A stretch of 63,729 nucleotides of DNA, the filler included, from Chiloscyllium plagiosum (lineage: Eukaryota): assembly GCF_004010195.1 (NCBI RefSeq). It is 5 parts of one record of this genome, joined end to end, with 100 filler letters (N's around TTAATTAATTAA, not from the genome) between each part and the next. Parts side by side here need not be neighbours in the genome. Positions count along the whole stretch, not along the records: positions 26,294 to 38,213 come from NC_057717.1; positions 38,314 to 47,175 come from NC_057717.1; positions 47,276 to 62,372 come from NC_057717.1; 2 more parts are not named here. One strand, given 5' to 3'. Positions 36,516 through 47,542 of this stretch are shown here, one piece after another. The position numbers and the translations under genes were made by a program. Numbering within the stretch: position 1 is the first letter of the stretch; every line of letters starts with the position of its first letter. A model generated the notes under the pieces. It saw only the letters and a list, made by a program, of their open reading frames with translations, made no database searches and was not told where the DNA came from.

Positions 36516-38213
36516 ATAAGTTTTTCAATCTCTATCTACTTATTAATGACATAAACCATTTTGAACTTCATTGCTTTTGTTGTTGTCTATATCTGGTAAA
36601 GACAGAAACTATTGCATTTAGTTCCATTGTAAATTCCATTCATTATCCACAAATTCCAGACCCCTCCCTCCCAAATGTCTGAAACAAAACTGTGAGGACA
36701 CTTTTTGCGTTGAACTGATGTATGTCTTGGTTTTGTCTCCATCACCATACCTGCCCACTACCAGCTTCATAATACACTGAGTCTCTACCACTGTGTCAGT
36801 GCCGTTGCTCAATAAACCATAACCTATGCCTTGCAAAAGGTCATACTTTACCGTTACAGTTGTCTTCTGGCCACTGCTCCAGTTACGAATAAATGGATCA
36901 CAAACTAGTAATGTCTCTAAAATAAGTTCATGATAGGGACACCGTGTTGGAGTAGTAATATCGCTGGATGGGTATTTCAGAGGCACAGGTTAGAATACTA
37001 AAGATACTGTCTCAAATCCTACCACAGCTGATCGCAGAACTTAAATTCAATGATAAGAATCGACATAAAAACAAATGCACGAACTGTAATCATAAAATGA
37101 GGAGAAATTTGTCTAAAAATCTATCTGTTTCATAGATGTCCTTTGGTAAAGAAATCTAACATCGTTATTTGGTCTGGATTGAGAGTGACTTCAGACCCAC
37201 AACAATGTGCTTGGCTCGGCACTGCCATATGGGATGGTCACAATTAAGGGCAATTAGTGATGGTCATCAAATGCTGCCCTTCAGAGTGATGCTGATATCC
37301 CATGAAATACCAAAAACAAACATTAAATCAAACAAAGATAGCTACTGATGATCGGAAACAAAAAGAAACAAAGTGCTGGGGAAACGGAACAGACTTGGCA
37401 GCTTCTTTTGAGAGAAAAACAGAGTTAACGTTTTCAATCCACTCAGCATGCACCAGATCTGAAAGCATCTGGGAAATAGTGTACTTTGTTTTAGTGGAGT
37501 GAGTTGAATATATGGAGGAATAGAGAGATAGAGAAAAAGATTCAAAAAAATCAGTTGTTGATAGCCAGCTAGGATGGAAATAAAATGTGATATTAATCTC
37601 GTTGATTTTTCATGTTTCCCCCATATTCCTGAGTATCATGTCCATGTAGATATCTATCCAAACCCCTTTTAAAAATGAGGTATGTCTCCTCTGACTCTTT
37701 TCCCTGAGTGTGGTAATTTTCTTTAATTCATTAAAGCAACATGGGTGTGACTGGCTGAGACAGTATATATTTCCCTTTCCGGGTTGCCCACGAGAAGGCC
37801 TTCTTGAACAATAGCAGTTCACATGCTGTAGGCAGCCAGTGCTTAGATCTGTTTATTTTCATTTCTTTGAGAACTTGTAGTGATATAACTGAATGCTGGC
37901 TTGGTCATTTCAAAGGGCAGTTGAGGGTCAATCACATTGCTTTGGGTATGGCGTCACATGTATGCCTGACCACATGAAGATAACAGAAATTCTTCCACGA
38001 AGGACACAATTAGCTAGGTGTTTGTTTTTATTTGACAATTGCCAAATGTTCATTAGAGTGTTAATCCAAATACTCAATTGAATTCAAGTTCCACCATCTG
38101 ATGAGGCGGGACTCAACTCCAGGTCTGAGTCATTAGCTGGGTCCCTGGATTAATAAACTGGAAATAATACACTCGACCATCGCATCCCCAGCATCTACAC
38201 TGGTAATGGTAGT

Positions 38214-38313
38214 NNNNNNNNNNNNNNNNNNNNNNNNNNNNNNNNNNNNNNNNNNNNTTAATTAATTAANNNNNNNNNNNNNNNNNNNNNNNNNNNNNNN
38301 NNNNNNNNNNNNN
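38214..38313. other. Artificial 100-bp spacer
   Basis: 44 N + TTAATTAATTAA + 44 N. Confidence 0.95.
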
Positions 38314-39540
38314 TTGGTTCTGTCTCCACAGAGGAAAGAACAGAAAAATCTTCCCGAAATATTAAGGAATATGGTGACTGGCAAAAATGTGGAACTTCAA
38401 GAAGTTAGAAATATTAAAGAGGAAGTACTTGGGGATAAAGAAAACCTCATTTTTGTGAATATTGGTAAGTTGCTGAACGAATTGAGTTATGAATTTAGAG
38501 GGCTACTGACTTAGGGCTGAAGAGTCGTGCTTGTCAGGGAGCTCTTTCAGGAGCAGGTACAGTCACGATGGGTCAATGGCCTAAATCTGTACTGTCAGTT
38601 CCTTAACTCTATGAGGGAGGGCAAAATATGTCAAAGCTTTTTGTGTTATGGAAAGGATCCTGCAGACTTGGACGTAGCTACTGTGACCACAAACATTTAA
38701 AATAGGAGCGAGATGGAAAACAGCATGCCAAGTAATGAATAAATCGATGTCAGTTTTGAGGGAAAAATTTAGTTTTTTTTAGTAATTCGTAATAACTAGA
38801 TCTTTGGAGAATAATGATATGATTTGCGGAGTCAGCCTATATTTTAGAAAGGGAAATCGTTATTGATAAATCACTTAGAGTTTGTGGAGGATGTTGATTG
38901 TGACATCGACAAATGAGAACCAATGGGAACAGTGTATTTGAATTTTTAAGAGGCTTTTGACAGGTGAGTGAAGAACGTTAGAATCCTTATGTAAGGGGTG
39001 AATATACTACATGGAAATGAGAATTGGATAATGGGGAGAATACCGAGAGTAAGATTCTGCTCTGGAATAAAGGTCATTGCACATAGGTTATCCCATGTAT
39101 CAGTGCTTGGAGCACAGCTGTCCACAAGGCAAAGAAATGATTTGAAATGAGCAGCAAATACTCATTTTGTATTTATTAGAAGATGAGAGATTGGGAAGTT
39201 CAGTCATCACCTATACAATTCACATGAGCCAGCACGTAATCAGGACAGTAAATGGTACGTTGTCCTTCATTATAAAATGAATCAAGTGTTGGAGTAAATT
39301 CATTTTCCTGCAGGTGTAGAGTGTTGCTTGGGCAGTATGTCGGCCAGGACAGTAAATGGTACGTTGTCCTTCATTATAAAATGAATCAAGTGTTGGAGTA
39401 AATTCATTTTCCTGCAGGTGTAGAGTGTTGCTTGGGCAGTATGTCGGCCACTGATTACAGATTCTCTCTCCTTTATAAGGAATGATTACATTGTGACTGA
39501 TATAGTGCAATGTACTTGCACCAAACTTATTCCTGGCATG
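38314..39540 (+). mobile_element. Heavily decayed CR1 ORF2
   Basis: Remnants KGKSLLINHLEF and VYLNF*EAFD near 38850-38960. Confidence 0.6.
39241..39448. repeat. Perfect 104-bp tandem duplication
   Basis: CAGGACAGTAAATGG starts at 39241 and at 39345. Confidence 0.95.
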
Positions 39541-41974
39541 ATGGTATCATCAGGAAAGTGTGAGGAAAATGAATGTTTAATACATGGCGCTGAGAGAAAA
39601 TGGCAGGCTTTTACATTTAGACTTGAAGATTAGAGCGTAACACTCATTTTGCCAAGAAAAAGACAGTGATCATGTGAAAACTGCAATTTTTCCATTATAT
39701 TTGATTCCCAATAGTTCGCATACCTGCCCGGAGCCCCCATGTTGGTTGAGAGGCAGCTCCAGGCTCTGACCGAACTCTAACTGTCTCAATATGCAGTTGG
39801 GGTGTGAACCTGCACTGTTCACAAATCTGTCAACAGCCACAATACCTTATTCCTGAAAGAGTTAGCCAGTCCCACCAGGTTGTAACCTCCATCGAATTGC
39901 CAGTCTGTCTTCTCGGAGACAGAAGCTTTTTCCTTGCGACGTGGCACAAACCGCCACTTTCCCTTCTCACCTTCAGTAAACCAAGTTAAAGTAACACGTG
40001 TACCACTGGCAAAGGATCCAGGAGGAAGAACATAGAGCAGTTTATCTGTGTAGTCTCTGCTTCGCTGTTTGTCATGTTGGGGCATTAGTGACATCTTCCT
40101 ATTTCTGCGTAATTGACTTGATAGGTTGAATGGCCTCTTCCTGGTCTCATGGAAGAGACTCAAAGACCTGACTTGGCAACTTCTGGTTCCTGTTTAACGC
40201 CTCGATGTGCTAATTACACTCCTTCCCTCCTCGTGTAATAGTCAGTAGGGACTGAATGGGCAATCGCTGTTCATACTCAATAATTTCAGTGGGTTGAATA
40301 TATTCAGTTGAAACCAGCTTGATGTGCTGAATGAGCTCCTCTTATTTAACTGTGGAACACTAGAAAGAGAAATTTCTAGTAAGACTGTTACATGAATGTT
40401 ACCTTCACTTTAACAACACAGTTTGGATGCTTTTCAGGCCCTGCTGCAAATGGACACGGACTGCCTCAGCAGTGGACACGTAACAAATTATTCTTAATAT
40501 TGTATGATCTTCAGAGAACATCTCCACTTCGGACCATAAGATGTGGGAAAGAAGTTGAAACAGCTGAAGAGAGCTAACTTGAGGATGTAGGCAGAGATAT
40601 CCTGTGACCAATCACAAATATCTTCCCTTCTCCTCTGAATGTCTCTAACCAATGGGGAGTTTACAATTCATTCCCATTACATTCCATTGTATTCTGGTTC
40701 CTTAATACCATCCACAGTTAAATCCTGCCTTGATATCAGGGCCAGTCACTCTTACCACGTGTTCATATCTTTTATTCATGTGAATGTTTGTGAAGAGTGT
40801 TACCTTCTCACAGAGGGTAGTGACTGTCGGGAGTTCTGTATACCAGAGAGGTAGGGGAGGTAGAATACTAAGATATTTGGAAGGGGGCACAATGGATATA
40901 TGAGGTATCAGAATGTTGAGGACTGCAGGGATGGAGCAGAAGAGAGGCGATGTGGCTTTTGCAGATCAGCTATGATCATATTGAAGCAAAAGACAGGCCA
41001 GGAGGGCTGAATGATGGATTTGCGTAACTGATGTTCTCTCATTCTGTTATTGGGAAGTTATTTTCCTGGAAATTCTGTTATTGGATGTTGCAGTCAGGGA
41101 GACCAGAGGATTTGTGGGCTATCTCTGGGTGAGGTATGGGCGCTGTATTTACAGTGAATCTGAATCGGCAACATGACCAACAAATGAAGACAGTTCTGTA
41201 AAGACAGAGGAGTGAGATGTTTCACACTGTCACCTACCCTTTTTTACCCAAGAATATTTCCAACGACATGTCAAACTATGTGTGACAGTCTTCATCCGTT
41301 GAACTGTCTCCGCTGTTTCTGTGCACCAGGTTACTAGGGTAAATGGCCTCCGACTGTTCCTGTCCATCAGGTTTGAGAGTTTCAGTGGAACATAGGAACA
41401 TGAAACTGAGGAGAAGGGTTGGTCATGAGACACTTTGAGCATTCTCCACCAGGCAATAAGATTGTGGCTGATCAAGTTGTGGTCTCAACCTCACTTTCCT
41501 GTCCGTAGTTCAATGTCCTTTACCATCCAATGTCTAAGTAGCACGGCTTTGAATAAATGCAAACACACAGGCACCATAAACTGTGCAAGAGCATTCCCAC
41601 GCAAACAGCCCTTTGTGAATTTCTCGTCATCCCTGTTCAGATTGGGTTTGGAGAGGTTTCTGTTTCATTTTCTACTCCAGATCCTCCATTGGTCATGACA
41701 CATTTTAAATGTAACTACGTTGGTGACATGGCCAATGATGTAGTTCTCAGACTAGGTCAGGTTCTTTGCTAGGCACAAGTCAGGTAGCTATCTTTAATTT
41801 GGCAAAGTAATTTACCAAAGCAAACTTACTCAAGCTATGAAGGAAAGATACGAGGCAAGCAGTGTGGACAAATATGTATATTAATATTTATCTTTCAATC
41901 TATACTGAGATGCAGTTTGTATACACAGAAACATACACATACACAGACACATACAAAAAGACGCTCACAGTGAC

Positions 41975-44530
41975 CTGTGGTAACTGATGATCAAAATTAT
42001 CAGCCAGGGCCCCCGCAAATTCTTCTCGAGCCCCTTGCAGTGTTCTTGGATATATCTGGTAAGGCATGAGATTTCTCCAACTTCAAACATTCTAGTGTAT
42101 CAAATACCTCCTCTACTGTGATATGGACTGTCCCCAAGACATCACCACTAATTTCCTCAAATTCCCATGTATTCATGTCTTTCCCCATTGTGTTCATAGA
42201 GGAGAAATATTTGTTGAGGACATCGCCTATCTTTTATGGTACGACACATACATGTCCATTATGGTCTTTGAGAGGTCCTATTCTCTCTCTAGCTAATGCT
42301 TTTTCTTTAATATACTTAAAGCGCTGCTTTGGATTCACCCAGATCTTCTCGGTCAAGGTTATCTCATACGCCCTATTGGCTCTCCTGATTTTCTTCTTCA
42401 GTAAACTCCTATATCCCCTGTGTACCTCCAGGGATTTCCTTGATTCCAGCTGCCTCTACCTGAGCCACGCCTCCTCCTTTTGTTTGTTCAAAGCCTAAAC
42501 ATTTCTTGTCAATCAGGGTTCCTCATTCCTGTCAACTTTCCTTTCACACTCACAGGTAATATCGATCTTAACTCCCATTTGCTGGAGGTCTTTTGCTTGC
42601 AAGCAGACTACTCTAATCAACTCCTGCAAAATCCTGTCTAAGTCCATCAAAATTAACCTTTCCCTTCACCCTGATCTTCTCAGTCAAGGTTATCTTATAC
42701 CCCCTATTGGCCCTCCTGATTTTCTTCTTCAGTAAACTCCTATATCCCCTGTGTACCTCCAGGGATTTCCTTGATTCCAGCTGCCTCTACCTGAGCCACG
42801 CCTCCTCCTTTTGTTTGTTCAAAGCCTAAACATTTCTTGTCAATCAGGGTTCCTCATTCCTGTCAACTTTCCTTTCACACTCACAGGTAATATCGATCTT
42901 AACTCCCATTTGCTGGAGGTCTTTTGCTTGCAAGCAGACTACTCTAATCAACTCCTGCAAAATCCTGTCTAAGTCCATCAAAATTAACCTTTCCCCAATT
43001 TAGAACTTGAATCTGTGGACCAATTTTTCCCCCCTCTCCACAACTATTTTAAAATTAATAGAATTATGGTCACTGATCCCAAAGTGCACATCTACTGTCA
43101 CCTCACTCACCTGTCCTGACCTAGTTCTTAAGAGTAAGTCAAATTTTGCCCCTTCCCGATTAGGACCCTCGTTATACTGCTTGACGAAATTTTCCTGACA
43201 CACTTACTTGATTCCATCCCATCAAATCCCTTAATGCTCTGGCAGTTCTAGTCTGTGTTATAAAAATTAAAACCCCTATTATGACAACCCGAATGTTCCT
43301 GCGAGTCTCCCCAATCTCTATATATTTTTGAACCTGTAATTCCTGTTAACTATTTAGAGGGCTATAGTTCAACTCCATTAATGTCACCATCCCCTTCTTC
43401 TATCTTAGTTCCACCCACAAAGCCTCACTGGATGATTCATCAGTTGTTTAATCTCTGATTACTGCTGTGGTATTCCCCTTAATCAGAAAAGAAACTCCCC
43501 TCCACTCTTCCCACTAATTCTGTAACTCCTCATGCACTTTACCTGGTACATTAAGCTGTCAGTCCTATCAATCCCCCAGCCATGTTTCTGTAATAGCTAC
43601 TCTATCCAGCGCCGATTACACACCCTGAATTCATTGGCCTTACCTGTTAGTCCTTTTGCATTGAAATAGACGCAATTTAATCCCTAGGCATTCCTTGCTC
43701 CCGATCGTATTCCAACCTGATCTATCTCTTCAACGTACTATTCTGAATACTGTATCTCCTTCCAGCCTCACATTTGCCTCCCTGCTCTTGAGGATACCAC
43801 CTCCTGCCAATCTTCCTTAAACAGTCCCTTGTAGTACTAGCTAAACTGGCTTCGAAGATATTGGTTCCCCCCTCCAGTGCATGTGCCACCTGTCCCTCTT
43901 GAAAAGGTCAACTCTGTCACAGAAAAGCTCCAAATTATCTTAAATTATGAATCCCTCCCCCTGCACCAATTCTTTAGTTACATATTTATCTGCCAAATCA
44001 TCCTATTCTTACCTTCATTAGCTCAGGACACTGGAAGTAATCAGGAGATTACCACTGTCGAGGTCCTGGTTTTTAACTTTTTTCCGAGATACCGGTAATC
44101 ATTCTGTAGAACCACATTCCTTTGTCTACCTGGGTCATTTGTGCCAACGTGCACAATGACTTCTGGTTGTTCTCCCTTCCCCTTGAGAACATTCAGCAGC
44201 AACTCAGAAGCATCTTGGACCCTGATACTTGAGAGACAACGCACCATCCTGGATTCCCGTTTGAAGCCACAGAATCTCTGATCTGTCCCCATAAGAATCG
44301 ACTCTTCAATTCCTACGACCCTTTTTACCTTTATCCTTTCCTGCTACTCCCCAGAGCCAGTCGTAATGCAACCAACCTGGCTACTGCTGATTTCCTGACA
44401 TCCATTTCCCCATCTGCCAATACACAGACAAAATCAGAATCCAAAATGGTATACTTGTTTTCGAGAGTAATGGCCACAGGAGATTTCTGCGCTCCATGCC
44501 TACTCCCTTCGCCATTCCCGGTGGTCGCCC
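41975..44530 (-). mobile_element. Old CR1: ORF1 esterase region and 5' part of ORF2
   Basis: GTDQRFCGFKRESRMVRCL...EQPEVIVHVGTND (SGNH esterase); QENFVKQYNEGPNREGAKFDLLL...FGISDHNSI (APE endonuclease end). Confidence 0.88.
42334..42995. repeat. 331-bp tandem duplication inside the old CR1
   Basis: TTCACCC..GATCTTCTC starts at 42334 and at 42665; both copies end AATTAACCTTTCCC. Confidence 0.93.
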
Positions 44531-45139
44531 AGCTATTTTTCCCCCAAAAATCGCAGATTTTGTTTTAATAATTGGAATGCAAATTTTGAAATATTCATGT
44601 CCTGAGTAATAATTAGACTTCATAATGAAGCTGACCTTGTAATACTTGCATTTTAAATGTTTATGCTGCATCAAATAATCAGGTATTTGCGAGCATTTAC
44701 AATGGGAAATAATGGGATACTGACTTTTATTCGCATCAGACACATGACAGAATACAAAACTTTAAAGTATGGGAGCAGGCCATTGGCCACTGTGTGTGCA
44801 CCAGCTCAAGTGATGTCTGCCAAGCGCCTCCCATTTGCCAGCCCAATCTGAAGCCTGTTAAATTCATATTTTCAAATACATAACCAGTTCTCTTTTTAAT
44901 CTTCATCCACAACTCTCCCAGGCAGTCCATTCCGAATCCTAACAACTCTCTCAATAAGGACGTTTTTCCTTATCTCACTCCTGGATCTTTTGCTAAAAAT
45001 CTTGAAATAAGAAATCAATTATGCTGTAATGCCAACTAACGGAAACAGAGTTTTCCTGTTTTACTCTGCAACATATTTTTCAGAATTTTAAGCATCGCAA
45101 TATGTTCACATCTTTTTCTGTTCTGCTCCAGGAAGAATA

Positions 45140-45615
45140 AGCCTTGCAAGAACTGTACAAACACTACATTGGACAAACAGGCAGAAAACTATCCACCTGG
45201 ATACATGAACAACAACTAGTCAGAAAAAATACATGTCTCACTATTACTAGTATCCCTACATATGGATGAGGAGGTATACCATTTTGACTGGGTCTGCACA
45301 TCCATCGAGGACAAGGCAAACAGAGACACGCACAAGAATTCCTAGAAGTATGGCATTCCAATCGGAAGTCCATCAAGTAACACATCGATTTTGATTCCAA
45401 CTAACATTCTCTGAGAAAAAGAACCGGACATGAAATCACCAATACTAAAAGTTACATCACATACTCAAGGTAACCTAAACACTTAAATATAAATTCGGAA
45501 AAAATACTAGCACTTCACCGGAGGCTCACTGATAATGTTCCCTAGTATAGTGATGAACCGTCTGAAAATGAACTCTCCAACTCAGTGAGCAAACTGACAT
45601 ACAGAAGAAACGCAA
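45140..45615 (+). mobile_element. Penelope-like GIY-YIG 3' fragment
   Basis: TACATTGGACAAACAGGCAGAAAA (YIGQTGRK)...GQGKQRHAQEFLEVWHS; homologous to 4137-4380. Confidence 0.75.
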
Positions 45616-46067
45616 TTTCTCTCATCCTTTCTTGAACTAAATCCTTCATTCCAGTTATCATTTTGATTATTTATAAGGTTATTGGTATTCTTCTGCAAAG
45701 CAATGTGGCATCTGTCTGTCTGTGTGAATGTGTGTGTGAGAGAGACCAAACAATCCTCTTCAATCTCTGAATTACTCCCCGTGCCATATGGAAAAGAGGC
45801 AAAGATTAGGAAGGCAGTATAGCTTAACATATTAATAAAAAGCTAGTTCAGGGTTGATGGTTTCAGATTTTTGGATCATTGGGATTTCTTTCAGGACAGG
45901 AAGGACCTGTACAAAAAAAACAGGTTGCATCTAAACTGGAGGAGCAGCACCGTCCTTGTGGGGAGGTTTGCTAGTGCAAGTCGAATGGATTTAAACTAAT
46001 TAAGCAGGAGTATGGGAATCAAAGCAGCAGGTCAGAAACTGAGTAGAAGGTCGAGGTGAACAGGACA

Positions 46068-46365
46068 CAACAGAGAGCGGCGGGAGCTGGGTGGAAGCTC
46101 AAACGGAGCGCAAAGCCGGTCGGGAAGGTACGTGATTACTATATAAAGAACTTACCTCGACGCCAACGGTCTTTTCGCAACAGAGAGCGGCGGGAGCTGG
46201 GCGGAAGTTCAGACGGAGCGCAACGCCGGTCGGGAAGGTAAGTGATTACTATATAAAGAACTTACCTCGACGCCAACGGTCTTTTTGCAACAGAGAGCGG
46301 CGAGAGCTGGGCGGAAGTTCAGACGGAGCGCAAAGCCGGTCGGGAAGGTAAGTGATTACTATAAG
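46068..46365 (+). repeat. 110-bp monomer array (~2.7 copies) forming the 5' UTR of a CR1
   Basis: CAACAGAGAGCGG starts at 46068, 46178 and 46288. Confidence 0.92.
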
Positions 46366-46567
46366 AGTGGGTGTGTTCGAAACCCCAGGTCCTACAAAGT
46401 AGGGTCTCCCTCCCTCCCTCCTCCTCTAACCTTAATTAAGAGTCCACAGACGTGCCACAAAAAGAGGGTCTAAGAAAGTTTAGAACGAGGAGTGAGGCTT
46501 CAGCTCAGGACTCTTTGACAAGGAGGTTGAGTGAAGTGATTACACCACAGTTGAAGAGGGTGAAGAC

Positions 46568-47175
46568 ATGACTGCCCAGCTGGTTCAGTGCGCTACGTGC
46601 TTGATGTTGGAGGTCAACGACTCTGGTGTGTCTGGCTCGCATATGTGTGGAAAGTGTGTGCACATTCAGCAATTGACCGAGCATATTGCAGCGCTGATGA
46701 AAGAACTCGAAGACCTTAGGCTCATCCGAGAGAACGAGATCTTTCTGGACAAGACCTTCGGCGATGTCATTACACCAATCGTACCAGAAGAGAGCAGAAG
46801 TGAGCAAATGATGAGGAAGGCAGAGAGGAGACAGGTGCAAGAGACCCCGGGAGAAGTACCTGTCAGGAACCAGTTGAAGCTTTTGGAAGCAGAGACTGAT
46901 GACACTGCCAGTTCGCAAGGCGGCAAAGTTTGTCAATCAAAAGTTGCCGCAGAGGCAGAGCGGAAGAGTCGGACATCGCACAGAGCCGTGGTAACAGGGG
47001 ACTCCATCGTGAGAGAAACTGACCGGGGTTTTTGTGGCAGCAGACGGGATTTAAGGATGGTGTGTTGCTTTCCTGGTGCTAGAGTGAAAGACATCGCGGA
47101 CAGAGTGCAGGAAATCCTCAAGGATGAGGGTGAAGAGCCAGAGGTGGTGGTACATGTCGGCACAAATGATGTCGG
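46568..47175 (+). CDS. CR1 ORF1 protein (zinc finger, coiled coil, SGNH esterase); open up to the gap
   Basis: VQCATC..HMCGKCVHIQQLTEHIAALMKELEDLRLIRENE; VVTGDSIVR..VCCFPGARVKDI..EPEVVVHVGTNDV; no stop codons. Confidence 0.92.
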
Positions 47176-47275
47176 NNNNNNNNNNNNNNNNNNNNNNNNN
47201 NNNNNNNNNNNNNNNNNNNTTAATTAATTAANNNNNNNNNNNNNNNNNNNNNNNNNNNNNNNNNNNNNNNNNNNN
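47176..47275. other. Artificial 100-bp spacer
   Basis: 44 N + TTAATTAATTAA + 44 N. Confidence 0.95.
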
Positions 47276-47542
47276 GTTGGTGGTTAAAGGCAGTGTGTGT
47301 GGGGGTTGTGGTGTTAGTGGGGGTGAGCGAGATGGTGGTGGTGGTGTGGGGACGTGTATGTGATGGTGGTGGAGTGTGTGTGAGAGAGCGTGACAGTGAA
47401 GAGGCCGTGGGTCAGTGCGTGTGATTGTGGTGGAGTGTGTCGTGATGGGGTGTTGGTGGCGAGCGTGATGGTGGGGGAGGTGTGGGACAGCGTGTGTGAT
47501 TGTGGTGGAGTCTGTGGTGGTGGGGTGGTGGTGGTGAGAGTG

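Noticed and set aside
36845..36900. Minus-strand WSSGQKTTVTV resembling an Ig/TCR J segment
   Set aside because: It lacks the WGxG spacing, and I found no heptamer/nonamer RSS at proper spacing.
39847..39864. 18-nt inverted match to ~63193-63210 (TAACTCTTTCAGGAATAA)
   Set aside because: No flanking similarity; plausibly chance, and the two sites are on separate pieces.
39819..40163. 114-aa minus-strand ORF
   Set aside because: No recognisable domain or convincing exon structure.
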